Under the pieces are notes generated by a model. It ran no database searches and had not been told where the DNA came from. It saw nothing but the letters and a program-made list of their open reading frames with translations. DNA of 63,192 bases, counting the filler, from Octopus bimaculoides (Eukaryota), in the NCBI RefSeq assembly GCF_001194135.2. It is 7 parts of 6 records of this genome, joined end to end, with 100 filler letters (N's around TTAATTAATTAA, not from the genome) between each part and the next. Parts side by side here need not be neighbours in the genome. Positions count along the whole stretch, not along the records: positions 9,871 to 28,740 come from NC_068983.1; 6 more parts are not named here. One strand, 5' to 3'. This document shows positions 9,971 to 22,489 of this stretch, piece after piece. Made by a program: the position numbers and the translations under genes. Each line of letters begins with the position of its first letter. Positions within the stretch are counted from its first letter, which is position 1.

Positions 9971-10729
9971 CCATGCGTGCGCGTGCGTATTTATATATTG
10001 ATCGGTAGCAGGATTCGTTAGAATCTAAATATATAAACAAGAAGTAGGGCACCATATCCTGACATTGGTGGTCATACTATAAATAGAAAATCGCATAACC
10101 CAGCTAGTCGTAACATCTATTATTGTTGCGTGGATGTATTATTCTTTGACTTGCTTGAAATTGTATAGAAATTAATTTCAAATTCAACTTAGGAATTACC
10201 CAATACTCTTTACGGATAATGTTCTTACAGATTTTATATTTTCAGATTGACGTCATTATCTCTATGCTACTGAGTCAGACGAAACTTTGAAAAGACTCAA
10301 AAATTTTCATTTAAGTGTGCTGTCGATACCTACGCGCGCACACACACACACACACACACGCACAATCAAGTGGTAAGGCTCAGCAGGTAAAATAGCAAAT
10401 AATGTAATGGAGATGCTACTATAAAAACCGCTAAATACATAGCGCTAAATATCATAGGAATTAGTGACTTTGACCCATCATGAGATAAACTGAAGACGGA
10501 TTGGGGATTATAGAAGAGGTCTGAGAGAGAAATTATTAAGAATCTTGAAAATACCCGTGATTAATCAACTTATTGTGTCTCATGGATAAACAGCTACTTA
10601 ACAAAGATGTCAAACACTACACATGAATGAAAGATCTAACGATTTACAACCACTTCCATGTAAATGCTGTATATTCGTGTATGTATTTATATACATATAT
10701 AAATTTATACTCAGGCATATAAATATTTT

Positions 10730-10763
<34 letters not shown>

Positions 10764-10805
10764 AGAGTATATATATATATATATATATAGATACACATGC
10801 ACATC

Positions 10806-10862
<57 letters not shown>

Positions 10863-10983
10863 TCTTATATAAATATAATTATATATGTGTGTGTGTATGT
10901 GTGTAGGCAAGTATATATGTCTATGTTATACTTGTATATATGTATGTGTGTCCGTGTATGTGACAGCCTTGCCTTATTAATTA

Positions 10984-11750
10984 CTAGCAGTATAACCCGG
11001 CGCTGCTCGGGATTAAGCTAGGACTATTAAATGATTAAGTCCTTTATTTCAAACCAAAATAAGTAACATCGACATCAGATTTGAGCGAAATCCGTTGAAA
11101 TTGGTTTGGCTGAAAATGGTTTGCTGGCAATTTGATTGGGAAATCCCATAAGGAATCAGTTTATTGGTTATTTTCACTTATTGACACTTTTTTTAAATGT
11201 TGCATTAGAGATCTGCATAGGAGAAGGTTAATCTGAAGGTTTGCATTGGGGATCTGGATTGGAGTAACTTAGGAAAGCTTACCAACAACCTTAACCAAAA
11301 TATAAGGAGCCTGTCCCTTAGCCGCTTTGTCTCCCTCTTCCACTTTTTCATTTTTTTTTTTAGACGCTTGGCAAACACTCTGTTTCTCCCCTTGTCACAA
11401 ACACACTATTTCTTTCTTTCTCTCTTTTTTCTTTCTCTCTTTCTTTCTTTCTTTCTATTTCTTTCTTTCTCCCACTCTTCCTTTCTTTCTCTCTCTCTTG
11501 CTCTCTCTCTCCTTCACGCGCGTACGCACAGATTTGACTTCGCCATGTCAACAAACTTCAAAGTTGGTAAAAGTTTATCGATTTTTACAGCTATACGCGG
11601 GAGCCTCTGTGAGAAAAAGTTGACAAAAACACAGATAGGGTCATGAACAATGTCCTCCTAAAATTGAAGCGACATGCGTGCTAATTTGTGGACGTGCATA
11701 ACCCAATTCACGTACACACACACACACAGACACATCTTGTGTTTTATAGA
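10984..11750 (-). mobile_element. Complete non-autonomous Helitron, 767 bp
   Basis: On the minus strand it starts 5'-TC (TCTATAAAAC) and ends CTAG-3', with a subterminal hairpin CCCG-agcagcgc-CGGG (10996-11011). It is inserted between A and T with no TSD. Confidence 0.85.
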
Positions 11751-11839
11751 TATTGATATCTTGAATATGTACTTCTTTTCAACTCCCCGAAGTGAATGGA
11801 GCTTTAGCCGGGAGAAACTGATGTTATTAGATCATTGAT

Positions 11840-12476
11840 TGTTTCGAACCTGAACCATACTATCCCATTGTTGATAAGTCAGCAGATCTATTCAAATCAC
11901 TGTCCACCATCTCCTTTCTTGAGGTAGAAATCTGTTACGGTCAGTAATTTTTAAACAAAAGTATAATATAGAGTATTTGAGACTAAAAATGGAAGGGTTT
12001 CTCCTTTAGAATCTACGGTTGGCAAACCTTATGGACTTCCAACGTACGGTGTGGCAGGACTTATCAAATGTGTTAGTATACCATGGAATCTCCGTCCTTA
12101 GGCTGGTTCCGGCATAGAAGGACGATGCAAACTTTCTACAGCAGAGTGGGCAAGGATCATTAAAGATGCGCTGGACCAGCGATTTCTCTTACGCCGAAGA
12201 CACATGATTTTACCCACTGACCCCATTTTAAACGTTACCTGCTGCAAATCGTGGATTAGTGCTGTATAAAGCACGTGCAGTCTAGAGCAAGCCTTAGGGC
12301 GAAGATACCCTAATCGTAACGGTTTCCTGCCTCCAGTTTGGAAAGGAATTATAAGTCCGTGGCTATTGGAGTCTGACGAGTCGTGTATAAATCTAGGCGC
12401 TTTATCGATGCAAAATCATTGGTCATTCCATGATTGGAGATACATTTATCTTCATGTAAAAAAGCAAATATGTGTG

Positions 12477-12507
<31 letters not shown>

Positions 12508-12607
12508 NNNNNNNNNNNNNNNNNNNNNNNNNNNNNNNNNNNNNNNNNNNNNNNNNNNNNNNNNNNNNNNNNNNNNNNNNNNNNNNNNNNNNNNNNNNNN
12601 NNNNNNN

Positions 12608-12639
<32 letters not shown>

Positions 12640-12830
12640 CATACATACATACACATAAGGAGGGCAACTACATGCTAGAAGATGTCAAATGACTCTAGAA
12701 CTACTTAATCGCATTGCCACTGACAGAATGTGTGGGGAGTGAATGAAAGAGATATTTTAAAAAAATAGCCAGATATCAATTGAAATTCACATGCCAGCTA
12801 CTTGATATAATCCTATATAGATTTTATCGT
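11840..12830 (+). mobile_element. Possible highly degenerate upstream part of an RLE-type (Hero-like) RT ORF
   Basis: Only weak motif echoes (FKSLSTISFLEVE resembling FRPISLLNVE; HVQSRASL resembling VQ.GRAGLG). Many stops. Confidence 0.3.
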
Positions 12831-12835
12831 TGATG

Positions 12836-12872
<37 letters not shown>

Positions 12873-14715
12873 GGGACTTGTGAAAACGAAAGCCATCCCC
12901 ATTAGAAGAGAAATATTACACGTAGACACGCTCGCTCCACTCCTGTTCTGCCTGGCACTCACACCATTAACTGAATTGCTAAATAGAACTGGATGCGGTT
13001 ACAAATGCTACGGAAAACAGTCAGTCACCTTATATATATGGAGGACCTAAAATTATATGCTAAAAACGACAGAGAGCTAGAAACATTACTACAGACAGTA
13101 CGCGGCTTTACCAAGGAAATAGATATGAAATTCGGATTACAAAAATGCGCCAAAGCAACCCTGCAAAGAGGAAAATTAGTTAAAAGTAGCAATATAGCAC
13201 TAAATAAAGCCAATGAAATAAGAGAACTAGACCAAAGCCAACCATACAAGTATTTAGGAGTCAATGAACTAGATAGGATACAACATACACAAATGAAAGA
13301 AAAAATAAAGAAAGAGTACTATAGACGAGTTAGATCAATACTAAAAACAGAGCTCAATGCTAAAAACAAGATAATGGGTATCAACACTTTAGCTGTCCCA
13401 GTTATAAGCTACAGCTACAACATCCTTAACTGGACACTAAACGAACTATCTAAAATAGACACGAAAACAAGAAAAAATAATGACAGGATATAGGATGCAC
13501 CACCCAAAAGCTGACATAGAAACGCTATATATATACAACACACAGAAGGTGGCAGGGGTCTTATACAGCTAGAAAACTATTATAAAATAATCACCATGGG
13601 ACTGCAAAAATACCTACTCCAGAAGCAAGGAAAACTAATACAAATAGCCACAAAACACGAGCAAAACAAAAAATTGTTTTCAGTATTTAAGGAAGCTGAC
13701 AAATACAAACAAGAAATCAATCTACCTAACAAATACGAAGAAGAAGAAGAAGAAGAAGAAGAAGAAGAAGAAGAAACAACAAAAGCTATAAAAGAAATGA
13801 AATCCAAACTAAAACTAGAACAGCAACGGACCATGATAAAACAATGGCAAGAAAAGCCCCTACATGGTAAATACTGGGCTAAACTAAATGCAAAAGAAAC
13901 AGACAGAGAAAAATCCCAGCAATGGTTGAGAAGCTCAGGACTCAAAGCAGAGACTGAAGGATTTTTAATTGCTGCACAAGACCAAAGCCTCCCCACCAGA
14001 AATTTCCAAAAATACATAATGAAAAGAAAACATAACAAGTAACTGTAGAATATGTGGAGATGGACAAGAAACAATAAATCATATTATCTCTGGCTGCCCA
14101 GTCCTGGCTAAGAAGGAATATATTCACAGATACGACAGAGCTGGGCCCTATATACACTGGAAGCTATACCAACACTATGGAATAACAACAGAAAGAAGAT
14201 GGTATAAACACACGCCAGAAAAGGTCACAGAAAACGAGAAAGCAACCATACTCTGGGATATGCCAATGCACACAGATAGAGAAATTAAGGCAAATAGACC
14301 AGATATAGTTGTCAAAGATCATGAAGAAAAAAAAATGCTTTCTAATTGATGTATCAATACCAGCAGATGGCAACGTTTCTCTAAAAGAAATGGAAAAAAC
14401 TTTCAAAATACAAAGACCTGGAAATAGAGATAACTCGAATGTGGAATTTAAAAACAGAAACAATTCCTATCATAGTAGGTGCCTTAGGTATAATAAAAAA
14501 ATATTCAGACAAATACATAACAAAAACACCAGGACTTACAAATATATATAACATACAGAAAATTGCACTACTGCGTACTGCACACATTCTACGCAAAACA
14601 CTTTCAATACAGTAAACATAAGAGCACCACAGCAAACCTCAGAACATACCCAAGGCGCACAGAGCTGCGCTCGGTAATGAAGTGAAAGCACGTTATAAAA
14701 ATAAAACTACTGAAC
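12873..14715 (+). mobile_element. 5'-truncated R4/Dong-clade non-LTR retrotransposon: RT C-half, CCHC finger, RLE and 3'UTR
   Basis: LAPLLFCLALTPL, HLIYMEDLKLY, YKYLG, CRICG..ETINHIISGC, RPDIVV...LIDVSIP, PIIVGALG, IQKIALL. Stops and frameshifts present. (TAA)n on both flanks. Confidence 0.93.
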
Positions 14716-14725
14716 AATAATACTA

Positions 14726-14758
<33 letters not shown>

Positions 14759-14759
14759 G

Positions 14760-15560
14760 GAGGAACATGTTGGGAGTAAAATAACCTGGGATGAGATAAG
14801 TGGGTGGAGCACATCCCGGCTAAGTTTTCTTATTCGTTCGTCCTATGATATTTTGCCAACACCTGCAAATCTAGTAAGGTGGAACGCCTCCGAGAGTGAC
14901 ATGGATATGCGGAAAGATCGGAACACTGAAGCATATTCTTTGCAACTGTTCACTAGCACTGAACAGATACGCATGGAGACACAACATGGTCCTAAAGGTT
15001 ATGCTATAAAGAACCAAATTGATCTCAACAACATCGTAAAAAACCGTTGAAAGTACCAGCTAGAGATTTCGTTACCTTCGTGCGCTCAGGACAGCGGATC
15101 CGTTTCGAGAACGAAAGCAACGAACTTCCTGTGAGCGATGAAAAGCGGAGCAGCTATTGGGTGGTGACTGCAGATTTAGCAAGTTTCCAGGGATTCTTTC
15201 CCATCCCAGTTACGAAAAAAAAAACGAACATTTTAATGTTGTGTGAATGAAAATTGTAAATCTAGTTGAGTTAACGGTTCCTCATGAAAATGACATGGAC
15301 GCCGCTCGGGCTCGAAAGAGTGACCGTTATATCAACCTCCTCGAGGAATGTGAAGTCACAGGCTAGAAAGCGGAGCATTTTCCTAGCGAAGTCGGATGTA
15401 GAGATATTGTGGGACACAGTGTGAGACGACTGTAGTTATCGTCATATCTAACTCATCGTAAATACCACCATGACCTATTTCCAGACTACAGTGGAAAAGA
15501 CTAGCCTCTGGATTTGGATAAAAAAGAGATGATGAACGATGGCTAGAAGAATATTGAGCT
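14760..15560 (+). mobile_element. 3' portion of a Hero-clade (RLE) non-LTR retrotransposon
   Basis: KITWDE...RLSFLIR.SYDILPTPANLVRW, CGKIGTLKHILCNC, YAWRHNMVL, ELTVPHE, EVGCR, SLWIWIKKR. Frameshifted. Confidence 0.85.
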
Positions 15561-15613
15561 TTATTTGATAAACAGTTGATCGAGCAAGCAGGGACCATTC
15601 ACTTGCTGGCTAC

Positions 15614-15790
15614 CTGTATGCAGAGTTCTCGACTGGTAACACTTGTATGTGAAAGTTGTTTGCAAAACATTTGGATAGCACCATAAACCTTCTCGGAAAC
15701 AATGAATGTTTTTTCTGTGATCAAAACTGGACTCTCAGTAAACAACAAAAACGCAAGATGACCATCACGCAAAAACAGGTTAACGAAACC
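15614..15790 (-). CDS. Candidate internal coding exon, phase 0-0, 59 aa (GFVNLFLRDGHLAFLLFTESPVLITEKTFIVSEKVYGAIQMFCKQLSHTSVTSRELCIQ)
   Basis: Strong acceptor catttttctcttttgtAG and donor cag|GTAGCC bound 177 nt. Only one frame is open, and it closes at the acceptor TAG and 4 codons into the downstream intron. Confidence 0.6.
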
Positions 15791-16020
15791 CTACAAAAGA
15801 GAAAAATGCCTTTTCAAAATCGTATATGGTTTCCAAATAAAGTGAAACCACGAAATCTACAACCTGTGAGTATTTGTTCTCTGACCGTAGTCTTCACCAT
15901 TAGCCAAACAACCAAAATAGTACATTTTACCAAAAAGAACATATTTGACCGAACCATTCACGACAAAACTAATGTGACATCTTCAAAGGTATACTCAATG
16001 AACAATTGGATCCTTTTCCC

Positions 16021-16061
<41 letters not shown>

Positions 16062-16398
16062 GCTACAAGATTAAGAGATTCCAACTCCATCAAGCCGTGA
16101 AGGTGTAAAAACCACCCAGTACACATTTTAATGGTAAAAATTGTCGCACCACGACACTAAATGTAAGAAAAACAATTTTGTCTCTTTCTCTCCTTCTTTT
16201 CCTCTTTTTCGCCACTTTATTTAATTAAAATTCAATATTACTCAACTTTCAATAATATACATTTTTTTAATGATCCTCACCAGACATTTACACTGAGATT
16301 AGTGTCTGTCCCTGTAAAACTCATTTCAATTCCTTTGAACAATTCAACATTTGATGGTTTAAACATGTTTGTTGAATTTTTACCNNNNNNNNNNNNNN

Positions 16399-16449
<51 letters not shown>

Positions 16450-18248
16450 GTGTGTGTGTGTGTGTGTATACACACCACTGATAAGCCAAAAAATGGTCAA
16501 AACTAGTTTGATATGTAGATAAAACTATTGATAAACGCCTACAGTTTTTTTACATTCAAGTACATTTTCAAACCATAAAACAAATATTCTGTTGTGAGTG
16601 TGGGTGCACTTCCCACACTGGGTAATTAAAACATCATTCTATGTCGAGAAATGTTTCTTATAGCATATACAAACAGGGTAATAATGTTTATGCATATTTC
16701 TGAAACAAAATGAATGAAATAGATGAAACTGCATTACAATACCATTAGACTATTGTGCCAGATAGTGTACAAAAAAACTTTTAAAATGATGTTGGTATTA
16801 TTTTCATTAATGTTTAATGATCAATTAAAGCGAATGCAATTTCTAAATAACCTGTAACATTTATAAACAACTCTGTTAATATTATTACTATATTATTTAG
16901 CGTTCCACAAACAATATGTTAATATTAGAGATCGTAAATTATTGATATTTGATCTGAAATGCGAATTACCTGGTTATAAGATAATCATTTACATGAGTTC
17001 ATGGGAATAATTAGCACAATAGGAAATCTGTTGAAATTGCATGAAATCTGATTAAAATTAATTAATAACAATTATAAATTCCTCATATTATGAAAATCTA
17101 AATACTGAACAAATGAGAAGGTTTCAAGTCAATCATGTAATAGTGACATTAAATTAAACATCTTTCCTGCAGTAAAAATACATTTTTGTTTGAACATCGC
17201 AGTGGGCTGATGAAATAGACTGAATGTAAAAATGAACGTTTTACAATAGTATTGTATTTTGCATTCAGATACAAAATTCATGCCAATTGTTTTCTCATCA
17301 TTTGATGATAGACAACAAAAGCCCTGGATCAGTTAGAAATAACCATGAGTATATTACTGTGGTATGATATTGGTCTTTTAATGAAAAGAACTAAAATGAT
17401 TTGTTTGAAGATGAGACACAAAGTAATGTAAGTAAAATAAAGACTGCGATGCCTTTATAATGCCTGTTTACATATAGCAACTTCAAGCATACCGTGAGGG
17501 AGGTGTTAACAGAAATTTTAGAGTACCAGGGAAAATGTTTGACCTCTAAATTTTACATTTTTAGTTTCTATTCTATTCAGGTGAATTTGACTCTTAATTC
17601 TGCTTGACGTTAATTATTGGGATTCACAGAAACGATTGTTTTTACCTTTATATTTTCTTCGTATAGTTAAAATATAAATATATAAGTCAGAAGAAAGAAA
17701 CCAAACAATATAATTAAGATGAAATAATACATTTAGATTTTTTCCAGATAAAAGATATACTGAAGTTACTTTCTGCTATTGTAATTATGACTACAGTATT
17801 TTTATATACATATATGTAAGGTAAATTTGATATTGAATTGCGTGACATTTTATAAATAAACGAAGCAAGATTAAAAAATGAAACTAATAAACTCATTATT
17901 TGCCTGCTGAGCACGATATCATGCAACATTGCTTGCAAATACATAACACAAGTCTTTCAAAACTTAGTCGATCAATTTGATTTAAAATACATCGTTCATG
18001 GTGATTAGGACTGCATTTGTTCATTCTCATCTACTGTCATAATACTAACAACCTAAAATATTCATTTTAGACGAAGTAATATTCCTGAGAAGATATATCC
18101 GCAATAATTACTACCTATTTGGAGCGTCACATTTCATTAACTTATATTTTACTGGAATGTATAATGTATGAAGGAAGATAATTGTTCAATTACACGAGTT
18201 ATTGTCCATATCGAAAGAAATACTTTATTCAAAGAGTTACACTTTTAC

Positions 18249-18387
18249 CTGTACTAGACATGTAATCCGTCGTTTACTTATAAATTCGTACATGCAAATT
18301 AATTGCAAAGATGAGATGCATTTTGTATTTTGGGTTTGTAACTTAAAATTGATGACATACATCAGAAACAAACTGATAAGGTACGAA
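18249..18387 (-). CDS. Weak candidate exon ending in phase 0 (...LFLMYVINFKLQTQNTKCISSLQLICMYEFISKRRITCLVQ)
   Basis: Donor cag|GTAAAA, possible acceptors giving starts at 18387 or 18372, one open frame. Phase-compatible with 15614-15790. Confidence 0.25.
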
Positions 18388-20699
18388 CTAAAATCAGAGA
18401 GCTTAGCTAGTCTTTAAGACCTTTTGGAATTAACAAAAAAATCTTTCACGTAGCAACTACCAATGTTAAATGAAAGACTACATATGAATTTATCTAGTAC
18501 TAGATACATTAAAATTTAAAACAGCATCGGATGTTCACGGTTAAGCTGCTTCATATATTTCTATTTCTGCTGAAAATCTGAAACAAATATCATTTTCAAA
18601 TTACCTATATTATTTTTAAAATTCTAAAATTATGTAATATCTACTATGCATAAAACGATATATACTATGTCATCATTAGTAAGAACACCGCATTTTCCAA
18701 ACAACGGCTAGTATTTTATTAATTACTACAGAATTTATAAACAGTGAAATACATATTTCAAACTGTTTGACGAAAATTTCATGTTCAATCGTTCTATTTC
18801 TGAATTGATTTGAAAATGAATTGTTTCATTCTTCAAAACCTGAAAGGAAATAATGTAAGTGTAGCACAAGGTATCTTTATAATCACTTGTGTTAAATAAT
18901 GCGGAACACTATCCAAATATACAAGGAAATTGCTAAAAATTATAAACAACTTTTGTTTCATAGTTTAAAATTGTAAGTTTCTTGAAATCGTATTAATGAA
19001 AAAACACATTGTAGATCATTTATATATCGTGCAACACTTCATTTTACATTCATTTCATTTGCAGTACAGTGACAATTGTGATGTTGCATGATTCATGTTG
19101 CTTTATGTATATTTTCGATTATACATATTGTTTATGCCCATAACCCGGCAGATAAAATAAGGGAGTACATATGTATAATTTATATACTGTGTATCTTGTG
19201 TGCTCAAATGGTTGAACAAAGGCTACTGTCAAATTTGGAGCTCCAAGTAGATTATTACCATCTAGTCTACTTCTAGTAGAGTGGTTGAGCATTAGTCTAC
19301 TTAATACAATTACTACTTACGATATACGCATCTAATGTAGGATATAACAGGATAAAAACTAGTTTATAAAAAATTGTTCTTACATATGTCCGGTCGTTGT
19401 CATCATTTAAAAATCTGTACTTTCCAAGTGAAATTTGAAGCGTAACCATCAAGGGTCATCGGAGAACACAGTATTGCAATACGTTACGGAAAACAAATAT
19501 CATTAGTTGTCCGTAGCGTAATGCAACGTAGTGGGCCTTGACGATCCATTGCGATTAAGCATCCAATTGCACTTGGAACATTCAATGCAATTAACTACAA
19601 TGATGAAATGTACGAAGGGCATACACACACACGCACACACATACACACACACATATACACACATATATGTATATGCACACACACATTTATACATATATAT
19701 ATATGCATATATATATATATATATATATACATATATATATGCATATATAGGTGAAAATGCAGCTACACTGTAGAGAACCGTTCACTTCGTTGTGAAATCC
19801 ATTTCTATTGTTGCCAAAGTTGTGATACATAGGAATTGTTGAAACAATATAACATATAGTTTTATTTTCTTTACTGCTACCACCTGGGTACGTTCAATAG
19901 CAGCACGACTTCTGATCTACTTAGTGAAATTGATACCCATAGTGATTCTGATTTAGCTAATGCATCACAAATCCATGTCAACGTTATCAAACTTTAGTAC
20001 CTATTGCAATGTTTATGCAATAAAGCAATGAGGAAACATTATTCTTCCTGTAGGTAAATTATGATGCATTAAACAAATTATGACAGCTATCATTCATTCC
20101 GGAAACTCCGAATCTGATATATTCGATTTAGTCCGTAGCTTGGTGGTTGATTACAAGCATCTGTGAATTGGAGATCTTTCGGTCCAGTTATCTTGTGTAC
20201 GGAAACTTGGATACCTGCTTCCCAATAAACTCTTTAAGCATTGCAAAATATAATGTATGAATCTCTTGGATTCTTTGACTTCACGACGATATTAGTCGCG
20301 ATAGTTTGATATTTTGAAAGAAATTTATCCTTACTAAATACAAAAGAAATTTATTGAAATTGTACACACTCATTGCAACGTTTTAGCGCACATTTTTGCA
20401 CACTTCATACATTTCTATGGTTCTGTTTTAGCATTTTGTTTTCATACATGTACGTCAGACTCTCTTTCTAGAATTAGAAGTTTCCTTTATAGGGTGCTTG
20501 ATAGCATATGAACAACCATGAGATAAATTACTACAAAGTTCTTCAGAAATTATTACCGTTGAATGTATTACCGTTGACTAATGACTATGTTACACACATT
20601 CTATTTAACCAACTGTTTATACGAGCAATATCCAAAATTGCATAACAAAAAACGCATTGGCCATCGTCTACTGCTTGTTTTGACTTAATTAAGACTCGC

Positions 20700-22126
20700 T
20701 ATATCTATTTCCTTGTTGCTACCTTCAGTGTCTTATATATCACCGTTCTTTTCATTACATTGGTTGTTACTTCCACAGGCGGTGTTAATTTCAGTGTATT
20801 TCCGTCTCTTTCCAGCAACTTCTCGAATTCTTTCATTTTTCGAGGTTCAACCTTTACTTCTCGTACCTCCATCGTTTCCACGTCTATAGCTTTTTGACTT
20901 GCAGCTGCATAACTGTGGTCACCTTCAGGCGTTTTCTCTATTTTTTCTACAATGGGAAAAAAACAACACTTCAAAATAACAGTAGCAACAATTTGAACAG
21001 TAACGATCAAACAAATACTTAACACTATGTCTTACGTCTAACATGACAAAAAACAACTCAAACCACCTTGGACACAAACCTCCGCCAAGGCAACATCAAC
21101 GTCCTCTCAACGATTAGCCAGAACAAGCGGTATACTTAAATTAAACCATTTTCTTATAATAGCTTGTGTGCACCAAACCTTTTCCAGGGACATAAGTCGT
21201 TCTATTTTCTCTTTCTTTCCCTTTGTGATGATAGGCGGTAGGACTTTTGTTCCACCATGATGAATTGCTAAAATACAAGTATCACTTGCACTTTCGTAAC
21301 CCAATGAGGCAACGTGGATAGACGAGGCACCTGTCTGTTCAATTGTTGCTTTAGATCCTTGGTCCATAAATACTGCAGCCTCATCTATAGCAATTATATT
21401 GGAGAGGTTGTATTTAGAAAACCTGAAGCTATCAGCGAAGGAGTTGAATGCAAGTGCACGTTGGCTCACCTCAGAATCCTCCAGCTTAAACAGTGTTGTC
21501 GAACGTCTTAGAGAGAGATCATATCACCGAAGGAAGTTATCCAAACATTTAGGCGATGTTCTAAATATCTCTGAAGTATACCCAAATGTGGTGTCATTGC
21601 AAGATCTAATTCTTGAATATCTACCCTGCGTACGACCAAAGACATTGTTCTCCTATCAGAAATCCATCGCGTGGTGTTATCTTCCAGCTCCGAAAATAAC
21701 GGTTGTCGACCTCATCCACATTTGCACTTATTGGCACTTTCATCCTCCACCTGTCTGCTGAGATCATCGTAATGTGCTCACCATTTTCGAACCATTCGGG
21801 GATCCAAAATCTTCTCCTTACAGAAAACCGTAAGATTCTTGTAATGTTACTCCTCCACAATTCTTTTCTTGTACTCCACGGAATAACTCTTTCTTTTTGC
21901 ATTCATTTTGCCTGGGAGACAAGGGAGTCAAGCTAAGGGAGTCAATTCCGTACATGCGTGCTTAGGGCAGACTTCAGCCAAGCTGCGGTAATTAGTTTAT
22001 TTCGCGAACATGACATGGTCTTGCTAATAAGCCGATGCATTTTTGACTAGGTCTTATTTTCGGGGTAGAGCTTATATTAAAACATCCTGAAAAATCATGG
22101 TTGGTCTTATTTTCGGGGAAACACGA
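20700..22126 (-). mobile_element. pogo/Tigger-type DNA transposon remnant with one terminus
   Basis: Terminus gtgtttccccgaaaataagacc with an internal repeat of ccccgaaaataagacc (about 22045-22126), a CENP-B-like HTH region, and NIIAIDEAAVFMD...T..L....GTKVLP. Assignment of 20700-21050 is uncertain and the second TIR was not found. Confidence 0.8.
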
Positions 22127-22134
22127 CACTTTCT

Positions 22135-22470
22135 GTTATAAATGTTCCCTACATAAACACAGATCTTTGAGACCTCTCTCCCAATGGTGCTACCGAGTTA
22201 GTGAAATCCTAGCGGGTGTCCTTCAATGTGACACATTGGCACCGTATCTTTTCATAAACGTTGAAAATTATGTCATTAGGGAAGGCATCGCTATTGAACA
22301 AGGTGAAGTAGAGCTGAACTCATCAAATCTGATATATTATACATAATTTGCCAATGACATACCACATTTATCAAATACCACTGATCAGGATCAAGGACGT
22401 TTTTATAAAATCAAATATTCCGCCAAGAAAGTTTGGACTACACAAAATGTTATGAATAGGATAGAAGTAT
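22135..22470 (+). mobile_element. RTE-group reverse transcriptase fragment
   Basis: EILAGVLQCDTLAPYLFI...FANDIPHLS resembles GVLQGDTLAPYLF...FADDIALLS. Confidence 0.75.
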
Positions 22471-22489
22471 TGTTCACACTAAATACAAA

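Noticed and set aside
15656-16108. 150-aa plus-strand ORF
   Set aside because: It has no recognisable domain and runs into (TA)n. It is better explained as antisense to the 15614-15790 exon.
17269-17361. 93-nt plus-strand AG...GT block with an open frame
   Set aside because: It is short, has no partner exon or homology, and is expected by chance in 3 kb.
19387-19585. Minus-strand block with a good acceptor and GTAAG donor
   Set aside because: All three frames contain stops.
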